In this document: piece by piece, positions 1 to 10,129 of the stretch | How positions within the stretch are numbered: the stretch's first letter is position 1 | Layout: each line of letters starts with the position of its first letter | Assembly: GCA_040255465.1 (NCBI GenBank) | Contig: JBDZVA010000002.1 | Coordinates: 418,274 to 482,273, forward strand | DNA length: 64,000 nucleotides | Direction of reading: 5' to 3' | Source of the DNA: Planctomycetaceae bacterium | GTDB lineage: Bacteria > Planctomycetota > Phycisphaerae > Phycisphaerales > UBA5793 | The notes under the pieces: model-generated | What the model saw: only the letters and a program-made list of their open reading frames with translations | Database searches by the model: none | What the model was told of the DNA's origin: nothing | Position numbers and translations under genes: made by a program

Positions 1-204
1 TTGGGCTTGAGGCATGAGCGATCCGATGGGGCGGGAATAATCGGGCTGGCTTGTGAGGTCGATGATAGCGGCGATGCAACGCCCGCCCCGCCGCGAGTTG
101 GCCGGATTGAATCGTTCGTCGCCGCCTATGATCTTCAAGTGAACAGCACGCCCGGGGGCCCATGGGCTGATGCCGCACTCGGCTTCACCCAAGGAGAGAA
201 GGGC

Positions 205-993
205 ATGACCGCTGCAGGACGCCGGCGACGCGGTTTTACATTGATCGAGCTGCTCGTCGTCATCTCCATCATCACGTTTCTGATCGGACTGCTTCTGCCC
301 GCGCTGTCGCGCGCCCGCGAGGCAGCGCGAACTGCGGCGTGCCTGAGCAACCTGCGTCAGCTCGCCGTGGGGGTGGGGTTGTATCTTGATGATCAGAACG
401 ATGGCCTGCCGGCGGGTGTGATGCTCGGCCCGACGTACCGGGGATTCACGTTTGGCGGCAAGTGGGTCAAGCCCGAGAGCCTGCTGCGAAACGGGCTCTT
501 TGCCGCGCCCAAGCCCTACGAGCGCCCGCTGAACCGCTACGTGCAGTCGGGCGCCAACCTCGGGCGCCCGGGCGACCCTGACGCGGTCATTGACGCGATC
601 GACCTGCCGGTCTTTGCGTGCCCGTCGGACAAGTCGTTCAATTACCAGGAGGCGTTCTATGCCCCCGAGGCGAAGTTCGGCCTGAGCGACTATGACGCCG
701 CGGGAACGAGCTACTCCTTCAACGTGTTCTGGAGCCTGGACTCAAACCCCAGCGAGGCGCGGCGGCGGGTCCGTTCGCTTATTCTCACCGACGCGAGTCG
801 CTACGTCTCGGTGCTCGACGACTCGGCGGAGTGGGCGCTGTGGTTCCACCGGACGAATTCGATCCCGCACCACGGCGTGGTTGATCGACACTCCATGCTC
901 TTTTACGACGGCCATGCGGGACAGATCGATATCAATCCGGCCAAGCTCGTAACGAGCCAGTACCTGGTCGTGTTCGAAGATGATCCGCGATGA
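205..993 (+). CDS. Prepilin-type N-terminal cleavage/methylation domain protein (DUF1559-like, H-X9-DG C-terminus)
   Basis: [39 protein letters not shown]; C-terminal [13 protein letters not shown]; ATG 205 preceded by AGGAGAG. Confidence 0.9.
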   Translation: MTAAGRRRRGFTLIELLVVISIITFLIGLLLPALSRAREAARTAACLSNLRQLAVGVGLYLDDQNDGLPAGVMLGPTYRGFTFGGKWVKPESLLRNGLFAAPKPYERPLNRYVQSGANLGRPGDPDAVIDAIDLPVFACPSDKSFNYQEAFYAPEAKFGLSDYDAAGTSYSFNVFWSLDSNPSEARRRVRSLILTDASRYVSVLDDSAEWALWFHRTNSIPHHGVVDRHSMLFYDGHAGQIDINPAKLVTSQYLVVFEDDPR

Positions 994-1015
994 GTCGTCC
1001 GACGTCGAGGCGCTC

Positions 1016-1969
1016 CTACGCCAGTTCCGGGAACATGTCGCGGACGACTTTGACGAGATCCTTCACGTGGGTGATGGACTCGTTCATCAGCTTCTTTTCG
1101 CCCTCATTGAGATCAATCTCGATCACGCGCTCCACGCCGCCGGCGCCGAGCACGCAGGGGACGCCGACGAAGTAGCCGCCCACGCCGTATTCCTTGTCGC
1201 AGTAGCCGGCGCAGGGCAGGATGCGCTTCTTGTCCTTGATGATCGCTTCGGTCATCTGGATGACGCCGCTGGCCGGGGCGTAGTAGGCGCTGGTGCCCAT
1301 GAGTTTGACGATCTCACCGCCGCCGACCTTGGCCCGGTCAGTGATCTCCTGGAGCTTTGCTTCGCTGATGAACTGCGTGATGGGAATGCCGGCAATGTTG
1401 GTGAAGCGCGGCAGGGGGACCATGTCGTCGCCGTGGCCGCCGAGCAGCAGGGCGTTGATGTCTTCGACGCTGAAACCTGTTTCCATCGCGAGGAAGGTGC
1501 GGAAGCGCGCCACATCGAGGCAGCCCGCCTGGCCGACGATGCGGTTGGTCGGGAAGCCGGTCGTCTTCCACGCGGTGTAGACCATCGCATCGAGCGGGTT
1601 GGAGACGACGATGACGATCGAGTCGGGTGCGTACTCGCGGATGTTCTCGCTGACGCTCTTGACGATCTTGACGTTGGTCTGGATGAGGTCATCGCGGCTC
1701 ATGCCGGGCTTGCGCGGCAGGCCGGCGGTGACGACGACGACGTCGGAGTTGGCGATGTCCTTGTAGTCGGCGGTGCCGATGATATTGGCGTCGAAGCGCT
1801 CGATGGGCGAGCACTGGGCGAGGTCGAGCATCTTGCCCTTGACGAGGTTTTCGGCCTGTGGGATGTCGAGGACGACGATGTCGCCCAGTTCCTTGGACGC
1901 GGCCCAGAGGGCACAGGAAGCGCCGACGTTTCCACCACCGATGATTGAGATTTTCGCTCGTGCGGGCAT
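1016..1969 (-). CDS. mdh: Malate dehydrogenase (LDH-like)
   Basis: KISIIGGGNVG, TAGLPRKPGMSRDDL, VSNPLDAM, LGGHGDDMVPL, GGEIV..SAYYAP. Confidence 0.95.
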   Translation of the reverse strand: MPARAKISIIGGGNVGASCALWAASKELGDIVVLDIPQAENLVKGKMLDLAQCSPIERFDANIIGTADYKDIANSDVVVVTAGLPRKPGMSRDDLIQTNVKIVKSVSENIREYAPDSIVIVVSNPLDAMVYTAWKTTGFPTNRIVGQAGCLDVARFRTFLAMETGFSVEDINALLLGGHGDDMVPLPRFTNIAGIPITQFISEAKLQEITDRAKVGGGEIVKLMGTSAYYAPASGVIQMTEAIIKDKKRILPCAGYCDKEYGVGGYFVGVPCVLGAGGVERVIEIDLNEGEKKLMNESITHVKDLVKVVRDMFPELA

Positions 1970-2127
1970 GGTTGTGATCCTTCTCAGAGACGGACAATTG
2001 GGTGTCAAAGGCATGATAGGCGATCGCCGGATTCGGGCGGTCGATCGCGCCGACCCACATCCTAATTCGGGTAATCCACCGGCAGGGAGAATCCTGGCCA
2101 GATGTCCGAGCACCGAACGGAGAATGC

Positions 2128-3147
2128 CTACCGCTGCTCCAGGATCTTCTCCATCACCGCCTGATCATCCGTGAGCAGGCCGGCATCGACGAGGCGCGGC
2201 ACGAGATCGGCCCAGTTCTTCTCCTGCGCGAACACTCTCTTGAAAATCGGCAGCGACTCGTCGACTTTGCCGCTTGCGACCAGCGTTGTGGCGCGCCAGA
2301 ACGAGATCTCCACGATCTGCGGCTGCAACTGCTCGGCCTGTGAGTACTCTCGGTTGGCAAGGTCGAAATCGCCGTGCTCCATCGCGAGGTCACCGGCGTT
2401 CATGTGGTTGTAGGCCCGCTGCACGCCGACGAGTCTTCGCAGTTCCTTGAGCGGGTCAGGACTGTCTTCGACGCGCAGATCGAAGAGCCGATCGACCCAC
2501 GGCTTGCCGGTTGACTTGGGAGCGACGATCAGAATTGCAGCGGACTGGCGGCCGCGAATGTCGCCGCCTTCTGCCTGCGCGGCATCGAGCGCGGCGAGCA
2601 GACGATCCGCCAGATCACCCCTGGTGGTCAGGTACGCATCCGACATGGCGCGCCAGACGGTGTCCTTCTCCATGAGGTTTGCCTGGCAGGAGAACTGGTT
2701 GTCGGTATCGACGATGCAGCCGGCTGCGGCAATGCATTTGGCGCCGGTGTGGGCGGCGATGCCACCGGTGGCGTCCACCATCGCCACCTGCCGCACTTCG
2801 CGATTCTCATCGCTGGTCAGCAGGCCTGCGAGCGAGTCCGGTGCGCTCTTGCCGAGTCGCATCATCTCGAGGCCGAGCGAGCCGTAGGAGGGGTCGACGA
2901 ACGACTGCGTGGCCACGGCTCCCACCCCCGCCTCCGCCCACGGGACGATGGGTCCAACGGAGAACCAGTGCGACTGGACCGCCACTCCCATCTGCCCCGT
3001 CTGCGGATCGCGAGCGACGATGGAGTAGGTCGCGACGGGGCGACGGAGTTCCTCCGTGACGCGTGCTTCAGACTTTGGCGCTGTCGTAGCGCACCCGGCG
3101 ATCCACGAAAGCGGAACGGCAAGCAGCAGCAGGGAGAACAACTGCAT
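2128..3147 (-). CDS. DUF1028 (Ntn-hydrolase-like) protein with C-terminal TPR, probable lipoprotein
   Basis: TYSIVARDP.TGQMGVAVQSHWFSVG, GVGAVATQ, GGDIRGRQSAA, DLRVED; lipobox-like WIAGC; TPR-like tail. Confidence 0.85.
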   Translation of the reverse strand: MQLFSLLLLAVPLSWIAGCATTAPKSEARVTEELRRPVATYSIVARDPQTGQMGVAVQSHWFSVGPIVPWAEAGVGAVATQSFVDPSYGSLGLEMMRLGKSAPDSLAGLLTSDENREVRQVAMVDATGGIAAHTGAKCIAAAGCIVDTDNQFSCQANLMEKDTVWRAMSDAYLTTRGDLADRLLAALDAAQAEGGDIRGRQSAAILIVAPKSTGKPWVDRLFDLRVEDSPDPLKELRRLVGVQRAYNHMNAGDLAMEHGDFDLANREYSQAEQLQPQIVEISFWRATTLVASGKVDESLPIFKRVFAQEKNWADLVPRLVDAGLLTDDQAVMEKILEQR

Positions 3148-3204
3148 GGCTGATTTCCTTTCGATTGATTGTCTTCAGGATAGCGTCGAGGCGGTCGCCT
3201 GGGA

Positions 3205-3804
3205 TCAGCGGCGCAGCGTGTCGGCGACGGCGGCGAGGATCTCATCCGGCTCGCTCATGCGGCCCACACCGTCGGTGCGGCAGGCCTGCCAGCCCGAGTC
3301 GGGGCCGATCAACTGGAAGCCGTCGTCCTTGAGTTGGGCCAGGGCGCGTTGCGTCGCGGGCTGGTTCCACATCACCGCATTCATGGATGGCGCCAGCAGG
3401 CAGGGCTGTTTGCTGCGATCGACAGCGGAAGCGACCAATGACACGACATCATCGGTGCGGCCGGTGGCGAGTTTGGCCATCATGTCCATCGTGCACGGCG
3501 CAATGAGCATAAGAGCCGCGCCGCGGGCGAGGCTGATGTGTTGAGGATCCTGAGATTCCACGTGTTCCCACTGGCTCGTGTAGACCGGCCGGCCTGAGAG
3601 CGCCTGGAAGGTCAGGGGGGTGACGAAGCGCGTGGCGGCGTCGGTCATGAGCACCGAGACGCTGGCTCCAGCCTGAGCGAGGCGGCTGACGACGTGGGCG
3701 GTCTTGTAGCAGGCGATGCCGCCCGTGATGCCGACAACGATACTCTTCCCTGCGGCGAGGCGCGGCAGGTCGTCGAGGCCTGGTCTGGTCGGGCCGTCAC
3801 TCAT
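3205..3804 (-). CDS. coaC: Phosphopantothenoylcysteine decarboxylase (stand-alone CoaC flavoprotein)
   Basis: GITGGIACYK, FVTPLTFQALSG, HISLA, APSMNAVMW, GWQAC..G.GRMSEP; directly downstream of rpoZ. Confidence 0.85.
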   Translation of the reverse strand: MSDGPTRPGLDDLPRLAAGKSIVVGITGGIACYKTAHVVSRLAQAGASVSVLMTDAATRFVTPLTFQALSGRPVYTSQWEHVESQDPQHISLARGAALMLIAPCTMDMMAKLATGRTDDVVSLVASAVDRSKQPCLLAPSMNAVMWNQPATQRALAQLKDDGFQLIGPDSGWQACRTDGVGRMSEPDEILAAVADTLRR

Positions 3805-3843
3805 GGGTCACCAGCGACGGAGTACGGGAATCGTGAGAAGCGC

Positions 3844-4077
3844 CTAGAGCACCTCTGCGGGAGCGGCGCCAGTGGCGGCGAGGTCGATGTGCTCGTAGGT
3901 CAGCAAGCCGAGGCGGATTTCCTCGACCACGATCTCGAGGTCGGTGCGGCCGGCTCGCTCAACCATGGGGCGGGCGCCGTCCATGAGTTGGCACCAGCGG
4001 CGCTGGATCATCGCGGCGAGGCGAAACTTGCCGCCAACCTTGCGCATGAGTTCATCGTCTTTGAGCGCTTCGATCAT
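3844..4077 (-). CDS. rpoZ: RNA polymerase omega subunit
   Basis: MIEALKDDELMRKVGGKFRLAAMIQRR..LMDGARPMV..EEI; rpoZ-coaBC synteny. Confidence 0.85.
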   Translation of the reverse strand: MIEALKDDELMRKVGGKFRLAAMIQRRWCQLMDGARPMVERAGRTDLEIVVEEIRLGLLTYEHIDLAATGAAPAEVL

Positions 4078-4488
4078 GGGATCGGTTGACCTCCGGTAGC
4101 ATCCAGGGTGGGGGAGACTGGGGTGAACGCCACAGCACCTGCGAACTGGATAATAGGTGCCAAAGCGGCTGGCTTCCAATCGGGCTTGCACAGCCGCGCC
4201 AGGGCGTTCGGCAAAACTCCATCGCCTGGCGCGGCCGTTACCTGCACCGTTCGACCGCGACGGAGCGTGCTTGCGGACTTGTTATGGGGCTTTGGGGGGA
4301 GGGCAGAGCGGACGCGTGCGTCTCGAAGCAGGGGTGGTATTCTCGCATTCGTTCAACGGGGGGCATTTTTGACGCAAGTTTGTGTTTTCTGGCGAGCGGT
4401 CGCCGAAAATCGGGTTGATTAACCGCCTGAGCTGCGGCGCGGCCGTGGCGGCCCCATGCGACAGTGGATGAATACAAGGAGAGAGGCG

Positions 4489-5343
4489 ATGAGAAGAACG
4501 GCACTTCTGGCGTTGGCGATTTGCGGCGCTGCAGCGATTGCGAGCACTGGCCTGGCCCAGACCTACAACGAGAATTTTGACGATCCATTCGCCGACTGGA
4601 CCACGCGTTGGTTCTATCAGAACACCAACGCCGGCAACTACTACGTTGCGGCCGGGAACTGCGACGAGGGCAATCGCGGAAACAATCCCTGCGGACTTTG
4701 GATTACCGACACGCAGACTTGCGGCGCCGGCAACGGCGGTCCGACCAGCACGATTACGTTCGATCCGGCGTTCGGGGCGACGATCTCATCGTTTGCCTTT
4801 GACCTTTCGGCGTACATTGATCAGCGGCTGACGTTCTATGACATGAGCGGCAACATCGTGTTCGATGTGCCTTCCGTGACCCGCACGAGCAATATGTGCG
4901 CCGGCTTCCGGTACACGGCGACGAGCAACAACGGTATCTCGCGCATCGTGATGGATTCGACGAACAACGGTGGCGGTCAGATCGAGGGCAACACGGCGTG
5001 GGACAACATCGAAGTGATTGCCGGCCCGCCGGGTCTCTCGCTCGATGTGAGCGGCGACTGCCCGGGGCGCATCATCGTGGCCTGGAACAATGCCACTCCG
5101 AGCCGACCGATGGCCATCGTTCACGCCAATAACTCCGGAAGTTTTGTTGTGCCAGGGGGCCCGTGCGCGGGAACGCAGCTCGGACTCGGCACGTCGGGAA
5201 TCCAGATTGCCTACCGGGGCAACACCGGCTCTGGCTCCGGTCAGGTCGGAAGCTCGATCGGAACGGGCGTCTGCAGACACTTCCTGCAGATGGTCGTAGT
5301 CGACAGTCCTTGCGAAGCCAGCAACGTCGAGCAGATTCCGTAA
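4489..5343 (+). CDS. Secreted protein with conserved C-terminal Cys/Gly domain (family member 1)
   Basis: Signal peptide MRRTALLALA..GLAQ; SD AGGAGAG; tail GDCPGRIIVAWNNA..GPCAGTQLGLG..GVCRHFLQ..PCEASNVEQIP. Confidence 0.85.
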   Translation: MRRTALLALAICGAAAIASTGLAQTYNENFDDPFADWTTRWFYQNTNAGNYYVAAGNCDEGNRGNNPCGLWITDTQTCGAGNGGPTSTITFDPAFGATISSFAFDLSAYIDQRLTFYDMSGNIVFDVPSVTRTSNMCAGFRYTATSNNGISRIVMDSTNNGGGQIEGNTAWDNIEVIAGPPGLSLDVSGDCPGRIIVAWNNATPSRPMAIVHANNSGSFVVPGGPCAGTQLGLGTSGIQIAYRGNTGSGSGQVGSSIGTGVCRHFLQMVVVDSPCEASNVEQIP

Positions 5344-5380
5344 TCCAGTCGTTTGCGACTGAATTACGCGTGTCGATCTT

Positions 5381-5417
5381 GGGCAGCCCGGTCCTCAGCG
5401 GATGGGGCTGCCCTTTT
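5381..5417 (+). terminator. Intrinsic terminator
   Basis: GGGCAGCCC..GGGCTGCCC stem followed by TTTT. Confidence 0.7.
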
Positions 5418-5566
5418 CCTGCGCGATCGTGGCTGGCTCCGGTCTGGTGGACGATGTGGGAGCGGTCAAGGATGCCTCCGCCCCCCGAACGGGGGTCGGC
5501 AGAGGAGCTGCACGTTATCAAAAACACCCGGAAGTGACCTTTTAGTGCGGGAGTCAGGCTTCTCCC

Positions 5567-5595
5567 TTGCAACGCGAGTGAGAATCTGGTATAAA
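5567..5595 (+). promoter_or_regulatory. Sigma70-type promoter of family member 2
   Basis: TTGCAA-N17-TATAAA. Confidence 0.65.
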
Positions 5596-5695
5596 CAGAC
5601 CAGTCACTTTGCCGGCGGGTTCGCGACGGGGGCTCAGGCGAGTCCAACTGTTCCCGGCAGGAGCAAAACGATGTGAAGTACGAACAAGGAGAAGG

Positions 5696-6583
5696 ATGAT
5701 GAAGTCAAGCAAGATGTTTCTGGCTCTCGCCGGTGGTGCGTTGCTGGCCGCGGGCACCCTGGCCAACGGTCAGGTTACGTTTTATTCTGGCGCGACGCAG
5801 ATCGTGAACTCTGATGGGCAGTTGCCCTTCAGCGACATCACGACCAATGGCCAGACGCTCGTGAACTACATGGACGCCGGGCTGATCGTGAACGTCAACG
5901 ATTTCGCGTTCGTCACCACTTTCTGCGGATTCGCCAACCCCAATTGCTACTACCCCAATGGCGGAGTGAACGAGCGGATCGTCATCACCAAGCAGAGCGG
6001 CGCTGACTTCTCGATCCTTGAGACGCACGTTTCCCATGGCTTTGGTGGCTGCACGATCTACGTATGGGCAACGGCCTACCTCAATGGCAATCCTGTGGCC
6101 GATTTCGATATCGATGTGACCGGCGGCACGCTCATCGGATGCAGCGGCAACTTCGATGAGCTTCGAATCGGTTCCTACCAGGACGGCGCGACGCGCGACC
6201 AGCACAATCCCGCGCTTCTCAACGCCATCGCCCTGGATGACATGGAGCACGGCAACGACGGCAGCGGCGGCGGCTACACCTGCACGGTGACTGGCAACTG
6301 CCCCGGCAGTGTCAACGTGGCCTGGAGCGGCGCTCAGGCCAACAAGCAGCAGGCCATCGTGTTTGCGGGCAACACCGGCAGCTACGTCGTCCCCGGCGGC
6401 CCCTGCGCGGGAACCCAGCTCGGTCTGGGCACGCGGAACCTCCGCGTCGTCAACACCATCGGCACCGGCAGTGGCTCGGGTAACGTGAACGGCCAGGCCG
6501 GCAGCGGCGCGTGCGGCGGCTATCTGCAGCTCGTCACCGTGTCGAGCCCGTGCGAAACCAGCAACGTGGATCAGCTCCCGTAA
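5696..6583 (+). CDS. Secreted protein with conserved C-terminal Cys/Gly domain (family member 2)
   Basis: Signal peptide MMKSSKMFLAL..ANGQ; passenger QVTFYSGATQIVNSDG; linker GSGGGY; tail ends PCETSNVDQLP. Confidence 0.88.
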   Translation: MMKSSKMFLALAGGALLAAGTLANGQVTFYSGATQIVNSDGQLPFSDITTNGQTLVNYMDAGLIVNVNDFAFVTTFCGFANPNCYYPNGGVNERIVITKQSGADFSILETHVSHGFGGCTIYVWATAYLNGNPVADFDIDVTGGTLIGCSGNFDELRIGSYQDGATRDQHNPALLNAIALDDMEHGNDGSGGGYTCTVTGNCPGSVNVAWSGAQANKQQAIVFAGNTGSYVVPGGPCAGTQLGLGTRNLRVVNTIGTGSGSGNVNGQAGSGACGGYLQLVTVSSPCETSNVDQLP

Positions 6584-6618
6584 CCGCTACGCACGTTCAG
6601 CCGTTTCTCAGAATTCGC

Positions 6619-6654
6619 GCAGCCCCGTCCCGTCCGGACGGGGCTGCATTTTTT
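6619..6654 (+). terminator. Intrinsic terminator
   Basis: GCAGCCCCGTCC/GGACGGGGCTGC 12-bp stem followed by a T-run. Confidence 0.8.
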
Positions 6655-6864
6655 GCAGGCGCGCAGCGGCCCAGATCCTCAAAAGCACGGTGTCAATGGC
6701 AGAGCCCGGTACTTTCTTGTGGCCTCTCGGCAGATTCTCTGGTCTGCGCCGCCGCAGTACGGTATAACGATAGCAGCGGTCTTGATTGGCAATCGAAGCG
6801 GTGAAGGCGCCAGCTCGGTCGCCAATGGCTGGAAAATCCTGTCGTCAACCGAAGGAGAGAACGA

Positions 6865-7752
6865 ATGAAATCGACTCACCTATTTGCAACGCTCGCGGGT
6901 TGTTCACTTCTGGTCCTCGGAATCGCAGCGCAAGGTCAGGTCAGTTTTTACAATGGAGCAAGCCGGATCGGTATCTCCGACGGATTGCTGACGTTTTCCG
7001 ATATCACCGAGAATGGTCGATCGCTGCGGAATTACGTTGGCGAAGATCTGATCGTCGACGTCCAAGGTTCGTCGTACGTCTTCACGCCTTGTGGTTTCAA
7101 CAATGAAAACATCTACTACGCTTCAGGTGGTGGCGCCGGTCGCATTACGATCACACGAATCGACGGTCGTACCTTTGATACGCTCGAAATGCTGGTTTCC
7201 ACAGGCCGGAACGAGTGCACGGTCTACCTCTGGGTCGCGGCGTTTCTTGGCGGCAACCTCGTGGACGAATTCGACGCAGACTTGCCTGGCGGGATTCTTG
7301 TGGGACTCCAAGGGACCTTCGATAAAGTAGAGATTGGCGCATACGCGAACGCCGTCATCAGAGACGAGCACAATCGCGGGTACCTGAACTACCTCGCAAT
7401 CGACGACATGGAGTACGGTCGCGGTGGGGGCGGCGGGTATCAACTCTCCGTGACCGGCCAGTGCCCCGGAACGGTCACCGTTGGTTGGTCGGGCGCCAAT
7501 CCCAACTCTCAACAAGCCCTGGTCATCGGACAGAATCAGGGCCAAACCACGATTCCAAACAACCAGCCCTGCTCTGGGACCGTTCTGGGAATCCAGGGCC
7601 AGGTTCAACTTGTCAATCCGCCGGGTTTTTTCGGGACGGGGAACGGCAGCGGGTCCCTCAACGGAAATGCCGGCGCGGGGGCATGCGGGCGGTACCTCCA
7701 ACTGATCCAAGGCGGATCCTGCATTGTCAGCAACGTCGAGCAGATTCCGTAA
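6865..7752 (+). CDS. Secreted protein with conserved C-terminal Cys/Gly domain (family member 3)
   Basis: SD AAGGAG; signal peptide; passenger QVSFYNGASRI homologous to members 2 and 4; GRGGGGGY linker; tail ends SCIVSNVEQIP. Confidence 0.88.
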   Translation: MKSTHLFATLAGCSLLVLGIAAQGQVSFYNGASRIGISDGLLTFSDITENGRSLRNYVGEDLIVDVQGSSYVFTPCGFNNENIYYASGGGAGRITITRIDGRTFDTLEMLVSTGRNECTVYLWVAAFLGGNLVDEFDADLPGGILVGLQGTFDKVEIGAYANAVIRDEHNRGYLNYLAIDDMEYGRGGGGGYQLSVTGQCPGTVTVGWSGANPNSQQALVIGQNQGQTTIPNNQPCSGTVLGIQGQVQLVNPPGFFGTGNGSGSLNGNAGAGACGRYLQLIQGGSCIVSNVEQIP

Positions 7753-7796
7753 TCTGGACTCGTACGCGTGTCAAACTGGTCTCACATGAGATCTCT

Positions 7797-7830
7797 GCCT
7801 CGCCCCCACGTGGGGCGAGGCTTTTTTTTT
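7797..7830 (+). terminator. Intrinsic terminator
   Basis: GCCTCGCCCC/GGGGCGAGGC stem followed by T9. Confidence 0.85.
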
Positions 7831-7991
7831 CTGCGTCATCCGGACTCGCGGGAGGCGGACGGCGGTCAGCCTGAAAGCCAGTGGGACTTCCCGTCTGGAG
7901 GGCTTTGGCTTCTGGCGGCGCTGGTTGAGGTGTGTTCGTGACCCTTCGCCGTCGAAAAACGGCCGATCGCGCCGAGAATCGGCGATTTTGC

Positions 7992-8020
7992 TTGCACCGC
8001 AAGTCGCGATCCGGTATAAG
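7992..8020 (+). promoter_or_regulatory. Sigma70-type promoter of family member 4
   Basis: TTGCAC-N17-TATAAG, same form as the promoter at 5567. Confidence 0.6.
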
Positions 8021-8120
8021 TAGAGGATCATCCTGCCCGGGGCGATCGGCGAGTCGTTTGGGCTGCCGCACCGCAAGACCGGGCAAACCACCAACTGGAA
8101 CACTTCGAAGGAGCCGAAAG

Positions 8121-8993
8121 ATGAAACCAAGTCAGATGTACGGATTGGTCGCCGGTTGTGCTTTGCTCGCCGCAGGCGCCGCGACCAACGGTCAGGTCAC
8201 GTTCTACACCGGCGCAACCCAGATTGTGAATTCGGACGGGCAACTGCCGTTCAGCGACATCACTCAGAATGGCCAGTCGCTTGTGAATTACCAAAGCGCC
8301 GGTTTGACGGTCAATATCAACAACATCGCGTTCATCTTCACGCCCTGCGGATTCAATAACCCCAACATCTACTACCCCAACACCGGTACGCTTGATCGCA
8401 TCGAGATCACGCGCAACGACGGCCGCAACTTTGACATCCTCGAGATGCAGATCTCGCACGGCTTTGGTGGCTGCACGATGCCGGTGTGGGCTACGGCGTA
8501 CCTTGGCAACCAGGTCGTCGCGCACTTCGACGTGGATGTGTCGGGCGGCACGCTGCTCGGATGCCGCGGGACTTTTGACCGAATGCGCATCGGGTCATAT
8601 GCCGACGGCGCCACGCGCGACACGCACAATGAGTCCGCTCACAACGCAATCGCGCTGGACAACATGGAGTACGGGCGCGGCGGCGGCGGCGGATACACGC
8701 TGAATCTCTCCGGTCCCTGCCCCGGCTCCAAGCGACTTGCCTGGAGCGGCGCCACCCCCAGCGTTCAGCAGGGCATCGTGTTTGGCAATAACCTCGGCAA
8801 CACGACGATCCCCACCGGTCCGTGCTCGGGAACGGTCCTTGGCGTGTCGGGGAACGTCCACCTCGTCAACGTCATCGGGACGGGCAGCGGCAGCGGTTCC
8901 GTGAACGGCAATGCCGGCACCGGCGCCTGTGGACACTTCCTGCAACTCATCGAAGCCGGCTCGTGCAACACGAGCAACACGGCTCCGATCTGA
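8121..8993 (+). CDS. Secreted protein with conserved C-terminal Cys/Gly domain (family member 4)
   Basis: SD AAGGAG; signal peptide; passenger QVTFYTGATQIVNSDG; GRGGGGGY linker; tail ends SCNTSNTAPI. Confidence 0.88.
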   Translation: MKPSQMYGLVAGCALLAAGAATNGQVTFYTGATQIVNSDGQLPFSDITQNGQSLVNYQSAGLTVNINNIAFIFTPCGFNNPNIYYPNTGTLDRIEITRNDGRNFDILEMQISHGFGGCTMPVWATAYLGNQVVAHFDVDVSGGTLLGCRGTFDRMRIGSYADGATRDTHNESAHNAIALDNMEYGRGGGGGYTLNLSGPCPGSKRLAWSGATPSVQQGIVFGNNLGNTTIPTGPCSGTVLGVSGNVHLVNVIGTGSGSGSVNGNAGTGACGHFLQLIEAGSCNTSNTAPI

Positions 8994-9020
8994 TCGCTTA
9001 GCGGACTGAAGCGTCATCGC

Positions 9021-9056
9021 CGAAACGGGTGGGCCGGTCCCACCCGTTTCGTTTTT
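9021..9056 (+). terminator. Intrinsic terminator
   Basis: CGAAACGGGTGGG/CCCACCCGTTTCG 13-bp stem followed by TTTTT. Confidence 0.85.
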
Positions 9057-9309
9057 CTCAGACCATGCGGCTCAACGCGTTGTTATCGGTGTGAGCAAAA
9101 GGCTGAATCGTCGTCATTCAAGAGTTGATCGCTTGCACATCAGCGTGATTGCATTGTACATTTGATCGACTCGGCAGCGGATGAATCCATGCACGGGATC
9201 CGCGCCGCGTCACCGCCACGCACTGCGTCCAATCGCTGGTCACCAGACCACGACGACACCGGGCAGCGGTTGTTGCATCAGCAATTGATTTTCAATAGGA
9301 GAACAGCCC

Positions 9310-9951
9310 ATGCATCGCTCGATTCACGCCGCCATCGCCATTGGTGTTGCTGGTTTGCTCGGATCGCTCGCCAGCGCTGACGTCATCCGCGTTCAGGGAG
9401 ATCCCGATTTCAGCACCGAGAGGTTGGGGAACTTCTCGGGATCGATTCAGTACGACTATCAGTCCGGAAACGTGGGGCGTCTGGCCATCAGCCTCACCAA
9501 CACGACCGATCCCGTCATCGGGGGGTACATCACCGGATTCGTGTTCAACATCGGGACCCCGGAGCCCAGCGGGGCAGATACGGCCGCGCTGCTCTACTCC
9601 AGCTATCCGACACTCGTGAACATCCCGGGACCCGCGATCAACGGAGCGCCGTTCGGTCGCTTTGAGGCCGGCGCCGGCATCGGCGGGCAGTTTGAGGGTG
9701 GGGGCAATCCGACAACTGGCATCGGGATTGGCGCGACCGGGTTGTTTGAGTTCCAGGTGAACTCGGCGTTCGCGAGCGTCCTGAGCGCTTCGAGTTTCAT
9801 CGAAGGTCCCAACGACTTCAACTTTGTCGTGCGATTCCGTGGTCTGAGCAACGGCGGCTCGGACAAGGTTCCGATTCCGGTGCCCGGTTCAGTGGCGCTC
9901 ATGGGGATGGGCGCGATCGCGATCGGATCGCGTCGCCATCGCGGGCGCTGA
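9310..9951 (+). CDS. PEP-CTERM-like (exosortase target) surface protein
   Basis: Signal peptide; C-terminus IPVPGSVALMGMGAIAIGSRRHRGR (PxP motif + hydrophobic helix + Arg cluster); SD AGGAG. Confidence 0.8.
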   Translation: MHRSIHAAIAIGVAGLLGSLASADVIRVQGDPDFSTERLGNFSGSIQYDYQSGNVGRLAISLTNTTDPVIGGYITGFVFNIGTPEPSGADTAALLYSSYPTLVNIPGPAINGAPFGRFEAGAGIGGQFEGGGNPTTGIGIGATGLFEFQVNSAFASVLSASSFIEGPNDFNFVVRFRGLSNGGSDKVPIPVPGSVALMGMGAIAIGSRRHRGR

Positions 9952-10129
9952 TTCGCCGCCTGAGGTGTCTGTCTGCTTCATGCAGCGCGCTCCCGGCCCG
10001 GCCGGGGGCGCGTTGTTGTTTGGGGGTGGGGAACACCCGCTATTGCACCCGAACGGCACCCTGATTCATGGTCCATTCCCCGCTGCAGCCCTAGCATCGC
10101 CCACACGATTCGAGGGATCCGGCAGCACC

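Noticed and set aside
980-1948. Long antisense ORFs opposite mdh (also opposite nuoD, the 26724 reductase, gdhA and the 41961 gene)
   Set aside because: Expected from high-GC codon bias; no motifs or ribosome-binding sites.
6260-6583. Tail domain as T9SS CTD, dockerin or autotransporter
   Set aside because: Four conserved Cys and a QxP end. No terminal Lys-rich strand, Ca-binding repeats or terminal aromatic residue; too short for a beta-barrel. Remote fold similarity cannot be excluded without a search.
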